Source of the DNA: Planctomycetota bacterium
GTDB taxonomy: Bacteria > Planctomycetota > UBA1135 > UBA2386
Reading direction: 5' to 3'
DNA length: 64,000 nt
NCBI GenBank assembly: GCA_965228735.1
Contig: OZ245838.1
Span: 4,192,001 to 4,256,000 of the forward strand
Shown: one piece after another, positions 8,284 to 17,485 of the stretch
How the letters are laid out: each line of letters opens with the position of its first letter
Numbering within the stretch: position 1 is the stretch's first letter
Program-made: the position numbers and the translations under genes
The notes under the pieces: generated by a model
Databases searched by the model: none
Told to the model about the DNA's origin: nothing
Seen by the model: the letters and a program-made list of their open reading frames with translations, nothing else

Positions 8284-9669
8284 CTACTGCAGCACCGTCT
8301 TCACGCCGTTCGTCGTGATGACGGACGCGAGCGTGCCGCCCTCGAGGATCGCCGACTGCGTCGTCAGCTGAACGCCGGTCAGGCCGGGGCTGACGGTCAG
8401 CGCGAACGAGCCGCTGCCGCTGCCAGCCCCGCCAGCGCCCGTGAAGTAGAGGCCCGCGCTGAACACGATCGGGGTGACCTGCTGCAGGCACGCCGGCGGC
8501 AACGTCAACGGCGTGCTGGCCTCGGCGAAGCCGAAGACGAACGCGCCGACCGACGACGGCGCGACGTTGCTCGCCGTGTAGGTGATCGTGCCGCCCGCCT
8601 GCGTGTTGCCCGTGGCCTCGAGTTCGGGCGCGATGCCGCCCTGGCCAGGGCAGGTCGCGCCGTAGGCGGGGAACAGGCTCACGGAGAACAGGTAGACCGC
8701 CCGGTTGCCGAAGTCACTGATGGCCAGCGTGCCGCTCGGTGCGTGGTAGCTGAAGTCGTAGGCGCCGGACGCGGGCGGCGCCGTGAACCCGTTGTAATCG
8801 ATGTCGAGCATCGTGCCGTCCGTGCGCGCGCACTGCATGACGACTTCGAACGGTTGGCCGGTCGCCGCCGTGTTCCGGTCGTTGAAGAAGATGACCTGCT
8901 CGCTGCCCTGCGCGACCAATTCGAGGTTCTGCTGGTTCACGAACGGCGCGAGCGGCGGCGCGACGAGGATCTGGTTGTTGGCGACCGCGTTGCCACCCGC
9001 ACGCTCGCACTTGATGAGCTCGTTCTGCCGGCGCAGATAGATGTCACCGTTGCTCGCATCGAAGTCGACGTCGCGCCACAGGGTGTTGGTGCCGACGATG
9101 ACGATCATCCCGTTGGTCGGATCGTAGAGGTCGGCGCCGCTCGCGGTGTCCTGCAGCAGCCGTCGCCCGGAACCGAACGTGAGCCACGCGGTGCCGAGAT
9201 CGACGACACCGAAGAAGCCGGGGTCGAACGCGACGCTGCTGCTGCCACGCCCGTCCTTCATCCACGTGAGGTTGCCCGCGAGATCCCACATCGTGATGCC
9301 CTCGGGCGCCGTCGCTCCGGAGTCCCAAGCCGCGGCGAGCGCCCCGCCCTCGAGGTCGAGACCCGAGTAGCCGCGCTGGATCGGCGTCGACACCACACCG
9401 AAGGTCGTATTGAAGACCGGCGTGCCGAGCGGCGAATCGATCTTGATGATCGCCGTGTCCGCGACCTGCGGCGAGTTGTTGAAGCCGGCGACCCAGAGGC
9501 TCGTGCCGTCCCAGGCCACGGCGCTCGGGTTGCTGCCGATGAACTCGGGGTTGTTCGCGTTCGACGTGACGGCGACGTCGACGGTGCCGAGATGCGTGAG
9601 CGAGACCTGGGCCGAGAGACCGGCGGCGCAGCCGGCGATGGCCAGCACGGAAGCAGAGGTGTGGAGCAT
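8284..9669 (-). CDS. Secreted beta-rich protein with planctomycete-type C-terminal domain
   Basis: Signal peptide (...AAGLSA/Q), propeller-like core, C-terminal YGATCPG...ACLQQV...TQSAIL...TTNGVKTVLQ. Confidence 0.8.
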   Translation of the reverse strand: MLHTSASVLAIAGCAAGLSAQVSLTHLGTVDVAVTSNANNPEFIGSNPSAVAWDGTSLWVAGFNNSPQVADTAIIKIDSPLGTPVFNTTFGVVSTPIQRGYSGLDLEGGALAAAWDSGATAPEGITMWDLAGNLTWMKDGRGSSSVAFDPGFFGVVDLGTAWLTFGSGRRLLQDTASGADLYDPTNGMIVIVGTNTLWRDVDFDASNGDIYLRRQNELIKCERAGGNAVANNQILVAPPLAPFVNQQNLELVAQGSEQVIFFNDRNTAATGQPFEVVMQCARTDGTMLDIDYNGFTAPPASGAYDFSYHAPSGTLAISDFGNRAVYLFSVSLFPAYGATCPGQGGIAPELEATGNTQAGGTITYTASNVAPSSVGAFVFGFAEASTPLTLPPACLQQVTPIVFSAGLYFTGAGGAGSGSGSFALTVSPGLTGVQLTTQSAILEGGTLASVITTNGVKTVLQ

Positions 9670-9861
9670 GTTCGCAGTTGGTGCCCATCGCGCGCGGCCC
9701 TCTGGTCGCGCGGGCCCCGCATGATAGCGACCCGCCGGCCCAGACGCAGCCGCGGCGATCCACCCGCCCCACCGGCACTTCGGTCGAGCGTGCCGCCTTG
9801 CCGGGGGCGCGGAACCGGATCGCGGTGGAACCCCTCACGACGGCCCGTAAGGTGCTCGCCC

Positions 9862-10614
9862 GTGTATTCCGTTCTTGTCTGCGGCGCATTCGCGCTGATC
9901 CTCGCGCTCGGCGGCTGGAGCCTCGACTTCTACCACTGGGGCTGGTCGATCCCGATCGCGTTCGTGCTGTTCGCCGGCTCGTGGATCCTGCTCGCGCGCA
10001 GCCTGAGCTCGCGCATGCAGCCCGCGATGGTGCGCATGCAGAAGCAGCTCGAGGCCGGCATGATCGAACCCGCGATGCAGAGCCTCGAAGCGCTGCTGCC
10101 CATGGCGCGCTGGGTGCCGATGCTGCGGGGCCAGCTGCTCGGCCAGATGGGCATGCTCGCCTATCACAACGGCGACAAGGATCGCGCTATCGAACTGCTC
10201 GAGGGCTCGTCGATGCGCGCGGCCGACGCGCGGCTGATGCTCGCGTGCATCCACCACCGCAACGAGAACGTGCAGCGCGCGTTCGAGGTGCTCGCGCTCA
10301 CGAGCAAGGTCGCGCGCAAGCACCCGCTGCTGCACAACACCTACGCGTGGATGCTGCAGAAGGCCGGCCGCAGCGACGAGGCCCAGGTCGTGCTGGCCGC
10401 GTTCCTCAGGAAGAACGCCGACAACAAGCCGACGCAGGAGAACCTGCTGCGGCTGCAGAACAAGCAGCGCATGTCGATGGCCGCGTTCGACATGCAGTGG
10501 TACGCGCTCGGACTGGAGCAGCCACCGCAGACGATGGGTCAGATGCGGCGCGCGCGGAAAGGCTTCCGCGAGGCGCCGAAGAAGAAGGCCGGCAGCAAGC
10601 GGCGGCGCGGTTAG
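9862..10614 (+). CDS. Membrane-anchored TPR-like protein
   Basis: GTG start inferred inside the long ORF; two N-terminal TM helices followed by TPR-like helices. Confidence 0.7.
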   Translation: MYSVLVCGAFALILALGGWSLDFYHWGWSIPIAFVLFAGSWILLARSLSSRMQPAMVRMQKQLEAGMIEPAMQSLEALLPMARWVPMLRGQLLGQMGMLAYHNGDKDRAIELLEGSSMRAADARLMLACIHHRNENVQRAFEVLALTSKVARKHPLLHNTYAWMLQKAGRSDEAQVVLAAFLRKNADNKPTQENLLRLQNKQRMSMAAFDMQWYALGLEQPPQTMGQMRRARKGFREAPKKKAGSKRRRG

Positions 10615-10634
10615 CCGACGCCCAGAACGCGGCC

Positions 10635-12092
10635 ATGGCCAAGATTCGGCACGAGCTCCCCGCGGCGGATTGGCCGACCCAGGAACGCGCCGCCGCGTCG
10701 CGACTGTTCTCGCCGTTCGGCCTCGGCCCCGTCACCGCGACCTCGCGGACCTGGGTACCGGCCATGGTGCCGTGGCGCGCGACCGATGAGGGCTTCGCGA
10801 CCGACGACGTCATCGACTGGTACGGGCGCTTCGCCGAGGGCAAGCCTGGCGTGCTCGTCGTCGAGGCAACGGGTGTCCGCGACGTGCCGAGCGGGCCGCT
10901 CCTGCGGGTCGGCCACGACCGCTTCATCGACGGGCTGCGCCGGCTCGTCGACACCGTGCGCGAGCGCAGCGGCGGCGAAACGCGGCTCTTCCTGCAGATC
11001 ATCGACTTCCTGACGATCCGGCGACGGCCGGAGAAAGCGAAGTTCTTCGCGCGCTTCCTCGCGGTCACCGACGCGCACCGCGAAGCGATGCAGAGCACCG
11101 ACGAGGCGACGGTGCGCGCGCGGCTCGCCGAGTGCGACGACGACCGACTGCAGCAGGTGCTGACGCCGCGCGAGTTCCGCGACTACGCGTGGGGCTATCG
11201 CGACGAGGTCAGCGACACGCACCTGCCGCACGTGCGCGACCTGCCGGACGTGCTGCCCGAGCTCTTCGCCGCCGCGGCCGCGCGCGCCGAGGCCGCGGGC
11301 TTCGACGGCGTGGAGCTGCACTACGCGCACGCCTACACGATGGCGTCGTTCCTCTCCCGCACCAACACGCGCGACGACGGCTACGGCGGCTCGCGCGAAG
11401 CACGGCTGCGGCTGCCGCTCGAGGTGTTCCGCGCCGTCCGCGAACGCGTCGGCCCGGACTTCGCGGTCGGCGCGCGCTACCTCGGCGACGAGGCGATCGC
11501 CGGCGGCAGTGAGCTCGACGACGCAGTGCACTACGGGGTCGCGTTCGCCGAAGCGGGCTTCGACTTCCTGTCGATCAGCAAGGGCGGCAAGTTCGACGAC
11601 GCGAAGCAGCCGAAGGTCGGCGAAGCGGCATATCCCTACACGGGTCCGAGTGGTCACGAGTGCATGCCGACCGTGCGCAGCGACGAACGCGGCCCGTTCG
11701 GCCGCAACGTGCATCTCGCGGCGACGATCCGGAGCGCGATCCGCGCCGCCGGACATGCGACGCCGGTGATCGCCGCCGGCGGCATCTGCACGTTCGACCA
11801 GGCCGAGACGATCCTCGAGCGCGGCGAAGCCGATGCGATCGCCGCGGCGCGACAGAGCCTCGCGGACCCGGATTGGTGGCAGAAGATGCGCCTCGGGCGC
11901 GGCGCGGAGATCCGACGCTGCATTTACACCAACTACTGCGAGGGCCTCGACCAGAAGCACAAGCAGGTGACCTGCCAGCTCTGGGATCGGGATTTCGACG
12001 CGGACGAGGGCCCCGCTGCGCCGGCCGTGACCCGCAGCAACGACGGCAAGCGCCGGCTGTTGCCGCCGCGCTGGATGCCGGGACAGGCCTGA
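10635..12092 (+). CDS. NADH:flavin oxidoreductase (Old Yellow Enzyme family)
   Basis: LFSPF start, AGFDGVELHYAHAYTMASFLS..NTRDDGYGGS...R, AARQSLADPDW, C-terminal CIYTNYC. Confidence 0.92.
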   Translation: MAKIRHELPAADWPTQERAAASRLFSPFGLGPVTATSRTWVPAMVPWRATDEGFATDDVIDWYGRFAEGKPGVLVVEATGVRDVPSGPLLRVGHDRFIDGLRRLVDTVRERSGGETRLFLQIIDFLTIRRRPEKAKFFARFLAVTDAHREAMQSTDEATVRARLAECDDDRLQQVLTPREFRDYAWGYRDEVSDTHLPHVRDLPDVLPELFAAAAARAEAAGFDGVELHYAHAYTMASFLSRTNTRDDGYGGSREARLRLPLEVFRAVRERVGPDFAVGARYLGDEAIAGGSELDDAVHYGVAFAEAGFDFLSISKGGKFDDAKQPKVGEAAYPYTGPSGHECMPTVRSDERGPFGRNVHLAATIRSAIRAAGHATPVIAAGGICTFDQAETILERGEADAIAAARQSLADPDWWQKMRLGRGAEIRRCIYTNYCEGLDQKHKQVTCQLWDRDFDADEGPAAPAVTRSNDGKRRLLPPRWMPGQA

Positions 12093-12171
12093 GACGCTCC
12101 CGCGCCCGAGGACCGCGGAAGTGCCGGGAAGAAGCCGCCCGCCGGCCCGTCTGAGGCGGGACACGGAGGCC

Positions 12172-13059
12172 ATGATGATCCTGACGACGACGTTCCGCGT
12201 TCTGTTTCCTGCTGCGATGACGGCGATCCTGGTGACGACGGCGCTGACCACGGGCGCGCTCGCCCAAGGCCCGAGCGAAGTGAGTCTCAGCAAACTGGGG
12301 TTCAACGAAACGGGCCCGGACCGGGCGGCGACAACGCCGATCGCGGCGCCGGCAGAGATCGTGGCGGCGCTCACAGCGGAGCTCGCCAGCAAGCGCGACG
12401 AGTTCGTCATCGAGGCCGGCGCGATCAAGATCAGCGATCTCATCGATCGTTCGGCGACGTTCCTCGGCTGGAACATCCTCGTGAACCCGCAGGAGCTGCA
12501 GCACTGCAGCAACGAGTTCCAGCTGCAGAACCGCATCACGACCGATCGCGAGGGCTGCCAGGATCTGCTCACGACGATGCTCGCGACGCGTGACGTCGTC
12601 GTCCGCACGCTCGACGACAGCAAGGCGCTCTACGAGGTCGTCGCCCTGCACGGCCAGCGCGGGGCCGGCGCGATGTCGTCCGGCCCGCAGCGTTCGCCCG
12701 AGGAGATCCTCGCGCGTCCGCACCTGCGCCTGCCGGTCGTGACGCTCATGCCGCTACAGCACATCAACGCGATCCACGCGAACAACGCGCTGCGGCCGTT
12801 CTTCGCCTCGGGCGGCCAGCGGTCGCAGATCATCATCGGCAACATGGGTTCGGAGGACAGCCTGCTCATCGCCGGTTCCCAGAGCCAGGTCGCCAACGCG
12901 ATCCGCCTCGTGCAGCGCGCCGACGCCGCCGCGGGCGAGGAACGGTCGAAGGACCGCCAGGCCGAGACCTCCGCCGTGATCGACCGACTCGAGAAGCGCA
13001 TCCGGCAGCTCGAGAAGGAGCTCGACGCCCTGCGCTCCAAGCGGGGCAAGGGCAAGTAA
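12172..13059 (+). CDS. Secreted protein with secretin (GspD) N0/N1-like domains and a coiled-coil tail, no secretin barrel
   Basis: GGAGG RBS; signal peptide; ISDLIDRSATFLGWNILVNP (N0-like); MPLQHINAIHANNALRPF...SLLIAGSQSQVANAIRLVQRAD (Secretin_N-like). Confidence 0.7.
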   Translation: MMILTTTFRVLFPAAMTAILVTTALTTGALAQGPSEVSLSKLGFNETGPDRAATTPIAAPAEIVAALTAELASKRDEFVIEAGAIKISDLIDRSATFLGWNILVNPQELQHCSNEFQLQNRITTDREGCQDLLTTMLATRDVVVRTLDDSKALYEVVALHGQRGAGAMSSGPQRSPEEILARPHLRLPVVTLMPLQHINAIHANNALRPFFASGGQRSQIIIGNMGSEDSLLIAGSQSQVANAIRLVQRADAAAGEERSKDRQAETSAVIDRLEKRIRQLEKELDALRSKRGKGK

Positions 13060-13060
13060 C

Positions 13061-13804
13061 GTGCGGCTGCACGCCGCCGCCGCGTGCGCGATTGCCGGGC
13101 TCTCGGCGATCGCCGGCGCGCAGCAGACGCTCGCCGGCGCGAACGCGCGCCACGGCGACATCCGCACCGGCAAGGACGGCCTCGTGCTGCCGGTCGGCGA
13201 GTTCACCTGCATCGAGCTCGTCGAGGCCACGGCCGCGTTCCTCTGCCGCAACTACCTCTACGACTACGCCACGCTCGAACGCGCGGGCACGTTCCACCTG
13301 CAGCGATCGCTCGCGCTCGACGCACTCGGCAGCGAAGAACTGCTCTACGCACTGCTGTCGAGCCGCGACCTGATGATCACACCGGTCGACGAGCTCCGCG
13401 GCGTCTACGGCATCACGTCACTCGACCCTGACCAACCGCGCCGGGGCAGCGCGACCCCGATCGCCGCGCCGGCCCCGTGGCGCACGCCGGAGACGATCCT
13501 GCGCCGGCCGCAGCTCCGCGAGATCGCGCACTCCCACGTCGTGCTGCACAACGCCGACGCCCGCCAGGTCGCGCAGATGCTCGCGCAGCTGCACAGCCGC
13601 ACGCCGTGGCGCCCGGGCCACCTGCTGGTCTCCGCCGGCGGCCCGGACCTCGTGATGCTGCACGGCTACCGCGACCAGATCGCCGGCGCGATCCACCTCG
13701 CCCGCCACCTCGACCACATCGCCCGACCCCGCCAGGACCAGAGCCTGCTCGACCGCATCGCCGAGCTCGAACGCCGCATCCGCGCCCTCGAAGCCGCCAA
13801 ATAG
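13061..13804 (+). CDS. Paralogous secretin N-domain-like secreted protein
   Basis: Same architecture as the upstream gene: ELVEATAAFLCRNYLYD; VVLHNADARQVAQML...VMLHGYRDQIAGAIHLARHLD; LDRIAELERRIRALE. Confidence 0.65.
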   Translation: MRLHAAAACAIAGLSAIAGAQQTLAGANARHGDIRTGKDGLVLPVGEFTCIELVEATAAFLCRNYLYDYATLERAGTFHLQRSLALDALGSEELLYALLSSRDLMITPVDELRGVYGITSLDPDQPRRGSATPIAAPAPWRTPETILRRPQLREIAHSHVVLHNADARQVAQMLAQLHSRTPWRPGHLLVSAGGPDLVMLHGYRDQIAGAIHLARHLDHIARPRQDQSLLDRIAELERRIRALEAAK

Positions 13805-13814
13805 CCAACGAACG

Positions 13815-13931
13815 CTGGCGGTACCGAACCCGCTTCGAATCCGCCACCCGCGACCTTCACCAACTGCCTGCCGGGCGCGGGCTTCGCCGCGGAGTGGCGT
13901 GGCGGATTCGAAGCGGGTTCGGTACGGCCAC
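13815..13931. repeat. REP doublet / REPIN-like 117-bp element, copy 1
   Basis: 33-bp arm 13815-13847 (cTGGCGGTACCGAACCCGCTTCGAATCCGCCAC), 51-nt spacer, inverted arm 13899-13931; lies between convergent genes. Confidence 0.9.
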
Positions 13932-13933
13932 AC

Positions 13934-16213
13934 TCAGTGGGCGAGGAGGTTGATCAGGAGGCGGGCGGCGCCGGGATTGCCGACGCGGAGCTGGCGGTAG
14001 ATCGCGAGGGAGCAGTAGATGTAGTCGCCCTTGCCGTACTCGGTGTAGAGCAGCGAGCCGCGCGACGGCTCCTTCTCGCTCGAGTCCTTCATCTCGAAGA
14101 GCGGCGTCCAGGCCGGGTCCCAGCGCGACGGGAAGTTGAGTCCGCGTTCCTGCACCCAGTTCTCGAAGTCGGCGCTCGTGATGCGGTGCGGGTGCTGCAG
14201 GAGCCGGTGATCCGGCACGAGGAACTTCACCTCGGCGTTCTCCTCGGTCACGCGCTCGCGGCTCACGGTGAACGGGAACGGCGCGAGCGACTTGTCGGGT
14301 TCGCTCGAGTTCCACTCGCGCGGCTTGTGATACATCACGAGCACGCGACCGCCGCTGCGGCAGAACTCGAGAATGCGGCTGCGCATCTCCGCGAGGTCCG
14401 GGCGGTGGTAGTTGGCGCGGATGTCGACGAGCAGCGCCGAGTACCGGTTCAAGTCGACGGTCGACAGCGTGTCGCGTTCGAGCACGTCGAACGCGACGCC
14501 GAGGTCGGCGAGCGCCCGCTCCGTCGTGTCGTCGGGGCCACGGATGAGACCGACCCGCATGCCGTCGGGCACCTGTACGTCCACGGGCAGAACGCGAACG
14601 CGCGCGCTGTAGTCACCATGGCCGATGAGGATGCCGGCGTCCGGCGTGAGCTCATCGGGCTCGATCGTCGCGGTTACGAGCACGCGGGCCTCGTCGTTCT
14701 CCTTGCCGAGCTGCAGCCGTCCAGGCGCCGACGTCGCCCGGATGCCGGGCCCCATGGCGAGGCGGATCGGCGTGTCGGGCTCGCTCTGCCGGTGACTCTT
14801 GATGCTCGCGCTGAACGTGCGCTCCGCGGTCTTGCCCGTCGGGATCATGAGCACGGCCCGATCGGGCTTCACGACGACGGGCTCGACCGTCGTATAGGCC
14901 AGCCGCTCGAGCGCTCGAATCGGGTACTCGACACCCGCGCTCCGCAACGTGAACGCGACCTCGATGTCGACGAAGCTCGGCTCCGGCCCCGCGGGCGCGC
15001 TGCCGTCCTCCGCCGTCGCGGGCGAGAACGTGACCGAGAACTTGCCCGGCATCGGCTGCGGCTTGGCCTTCGGGTCGGCCGGCGTGGGCGGCAACTCGAA
15101 CACCCGGGTCTGCACGGGAGCGTTGACGGGCGTGCCGGCCCGCCCCTGACACGCGACCTCGATGTCGGCGGTGTGCTGGTGACCGTGAACGATCACGTAA
15201 GCGCGACCCTCCCCACCGACGGGCACCGAATCACGCTGCAGCCAGACCTCCACCCGGACGTTGGCGAGGGCGAGCAACGCGCGGCTCGCGGCCCGCCCGA
15301 CGTCGGCCGTCGGGCCGGCCTCGTGCAAGACTTCGCCGAGCATCTCGCGCAGCCGGGCGACGGGCAGCGCGGCCGCGAATCGGGGCAACACCGAGCCCTT
15401 CGGCTGCGGCAGCCAACGCGCCCAACCATCGACCTTCGACCGTTCCCGGCCCTCGGGATACACGAGCTCCCACCACTCCTTGCCCACGCGCAGCGGGTCG
15501 TGCGGCCCCCAAGGCCCCTGGCTCTCGTGCAACACCCACGCGTCGTGCGCGAGCCGCGCGTAGGTCTGACCGCGCATCGGGTCGAGCTCGCCCGGGTCGG
15601 TCGTGACCCACGCGTCCTCCGGCCCGCACCGGCCGAACATCGGCGGCACGCGGTCACCGCTCTTCTCGCGTTCCTTCAGGATCTCGACGATCGCCCACGC
15701 GCACGCGCGGTGGTGCCCGTGGCCGCGCGCGATGTGGTGGTTGGTTACGATGATGTCGGGCTCGACCGTGTCGATCACCTGCCGCATCGCATCCCGCAGC
15801 CGATCCCGCCCCCACACGTCGAGCGTCTCCTCGAGCGTCTTGCTGAAGCCGAAGTCCTCGAAGCCGAGCCACATCACTCCGACGTCGGACATCGCAGCCG
15901 CGGCCAGCGTTTCACGCACGCGGATGTAGGCGAGCTCCGGTCCGATCTCACGCCCGATCGCGTTCTGCCCGCCGTCGCCGTAGGTCGCGTACGCCGTGAC
16001 CACGGACGCGCCGTGCTTGCGCCGCAGCATGTAGCGCGTGCGCGACGCCTCGTCGTCCGGGTGCGCGGCGATGTTGAGCACGACCGCGTCGGTCGACGCA
16101 TCGAGGCAGGCCTGGTGCAGCGCGACGAGACCCGCATCGGGTTCGCGCTGCTGGGCGGCAAGCGCCCCGGCGACCAGGAACGGGACGAACGTACGAATCG
16201 AAGGCGTCATCAT
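13934..16213 (-). CDS. Secreted PIG-L/LmbE-family deacetylase with C-terminal accessory domains
   Basis: ATGA overlap with the aminotransferase stop; signal peptide; AHPDDE, GDGGQNAIG, DFGFSKTLEET, HGHH; C-terminal WVQERGL...LAIYRQL. Confidence 0.9.
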   Translation of the reverse strand: MMTPSIRTFVPFLVAGALAAQQREPDAGLVALHQACLDASTDAVVLNIAAHPDDEASRTRYMLRRKHGASVVTAYATYGDGGQNAIGREIGPELAYIRVRETLAAAAMSDVGVMWLGFEDFGFSKTLEETLDVWGRDRLRDAMRQVIDTVEPDIIVTNHHIARGHGHHRACAWAIVEILKEREKSGDRVPPMFGRCGPEDAWVTTDPGELDPMRGQTYARLAHDAWVLHESQGPWGPHDPLRVGKEWWELVYPEGRERSKVDGWARWLPQPKGSVLPRFAAALPVARLREMLGEVLHEAGPTADVGRAASRALLALANVRVEVWLQRDSVPVGGEGRAYVIVHGHQHTADIEVACQGRAGTPVNAPVQTRVFELPPTPADPKAKPQPMPGKFSVTFSPATAEDGSAPAGPEPSFVDIEVAFTLRSAGVEYPIRALERLAYTTVEPVVVKPDRAVLMIPTGKTAERTFSASIKSHRQSEPDTPIRLAMGPGIRATSAPGRLQLGKENDEARVLVTATIEPDELTPDAGILIGHGDYSARVRVLPVDVQVPDGMRVGLIRGPDDTTERALADLGVAFDVLERDTLSTVDLNRYSALLVDIRANYHRPDLAEMRSRILEFCRSGGRVLVMYHKPREWNSSEPDKSLAPFPFTVSRERVTEENAEVKFLVPDHRLLQHPHRITSADFENWVQERGLNFPSRWDPAWTPLFEMKDSSEKEPSRGSLLYTEYGKGDYIYCSLAIYRQLRVGNPGAARLLINLLAH

Positions 16214-17412
16214 CGGGCGAGGCTGCGCAGGCGCTGCATGGCTTCGTCGAGCACGGGCCAATCCACGGCGAATTGGAACCGAATAGTCCGAACCCCGTCG
16301 GGATCCGCGAAGAACAGGTGGCCCGGTACGGCATTGATACCGACCCGGTCGATCATCCGGAGAACCGCCGCATGCGAGTCGAGGTCGTCGCCGAAGATCG
16401 GCCGATAGTCCGCGAGCACGTAGTAGGCCCCCTCGGGTCGCGAGAACCCGAACCCCGCGGCCTCGAGCGCGTCGCAGAAGGCGTCGCGCTTCTGCTCGTA
16501 GCCCGACTGCAGCTCGGCGTAGAACGAGTCGGGCAGCTCTTCGAGCGCGCGCTGCACGCCGCGCTGCATCGGCCGCGCGGCGCACACCTCGACCTGATCG
16601 AAGACGATGCCGCACTTCTCGACGATCTCGGCCGGGCCGGCGAGGAAGCCGATGCGCCACCCCGTCACGGAGTAGGTCTTGCTGAACGAGTTCATCGTCA
16701 GTGTGCGATCGGCGAGGCCCACGATCGTCGCCGGCGAGACGTGCTCGCGGCCGTCGAAGCACATGTATTCGTAGACCTCGTCGGTCAGCACCATGATGTC
16801 GGTGCCTTTGACGATGCCCGCGAGCTCTTCGAGCTCGGCGCGGGTCCAGACCTTGCCCGACGGATTGCCCGGTGTGTTCACGACGATCGCGCGCGTCCGA
16901 GCCGTGATCCTGCTGCGCAGCGCGTCCGCATCGAACGCGAGCGTGCCACGGTGGAGCGGCACGGCGACCGGCGTCGCGCCGAACAACGGGATCGTCGTCC
17001 AGTGGTAGCTGTAGAACGGCTCGAACACGACGACCTCGTCGCCCGGCTCGATGAGCGTCATGCCGGCCGCGAAGAACGCGCCCGAGCTGCCGGTGCACAC
17101 CGCGACGTTCTCCGCGCGGTAGTCGCGCAGCCCGTTGTGCTCGCGCAGCTTCTTCGCGATCGCCTCGCGCAGTTCGGGCAACCCGGCGTACGGCGTGTAG
17201 AGCTGGCGGTCACCGCCGTCGATCGACTCGATCGCGCCGCGCACGAGCGGAGCCGGCGTATCGAGGTCGCAGACGCCCTGCCCGAGGTTGATGCCACCTT
17301 CGACGCCGTTGATCACCAGCGTCAGAGAACGCAGCAGGTTGCCCTCGTCGAGATGACGGCGACGGGCGGCGGTGCGATCGAACGGGGACGGGGCGGATCG
17401 GTCGGAGCTCAT
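16210..17412 (-). CDS. PLP-dependent aminotransferase class I/II
   Basis: INLGQG, NTPGNPSGK, DEVYE, SFSKTYSVTGWRIG (PLP lysine). Confidence 0.95.
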   Translation of the reverse strand: MSSDRSAPSPFDRTAARRRHLDEGNLLRSLTLVINGVEGGINLGQGVCDLDTPAPLVRGAIESIDGGDRQLYTPYAGLPELREAIAKKLREHNGLRDYRAENVAVCTGSSGAFFAAGMTLIEPGDEVVVFEPFYSYHWTTIPLFGATPVAVPLHRGTLAFDADALRSRITARTRAIVVNTPGNPSGKVWTRAELEELAGIVKGTDIMVLTDEVYEYMCFDGREHVSPATIVGLADRTLTMNSFSKTYSVTGWRIGFLAGPAEIVEKCGIVFDQVEVCAARPMQRGVQRALEELPDSFYAELQSGYEQKRDAFCDALEAAGFGFSRPEGAYYVLADYRPIFGDDLDSHAAVLRMIDRVGINAVPGHLFFADPDGVRTIRFQFAVDWPVLDEAMQRLRSLAR

Positions 17413-17485
17413 GGCGAGGCGGGCCGCGCATGATACGACAGGTGGCCGAGCGTTCCCCGTGCCGCCCCCGATCGCGGACGCCGAA

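Noticed and set aside
13934..17098. 1054-aa ORF read as an aminotransferase-deacetylase fusion
   Set aside because: The upstream part overlaps the aminotransferase in another frame; the real start is the ATGA-coupled Met at 16213, followed by a signal peptide
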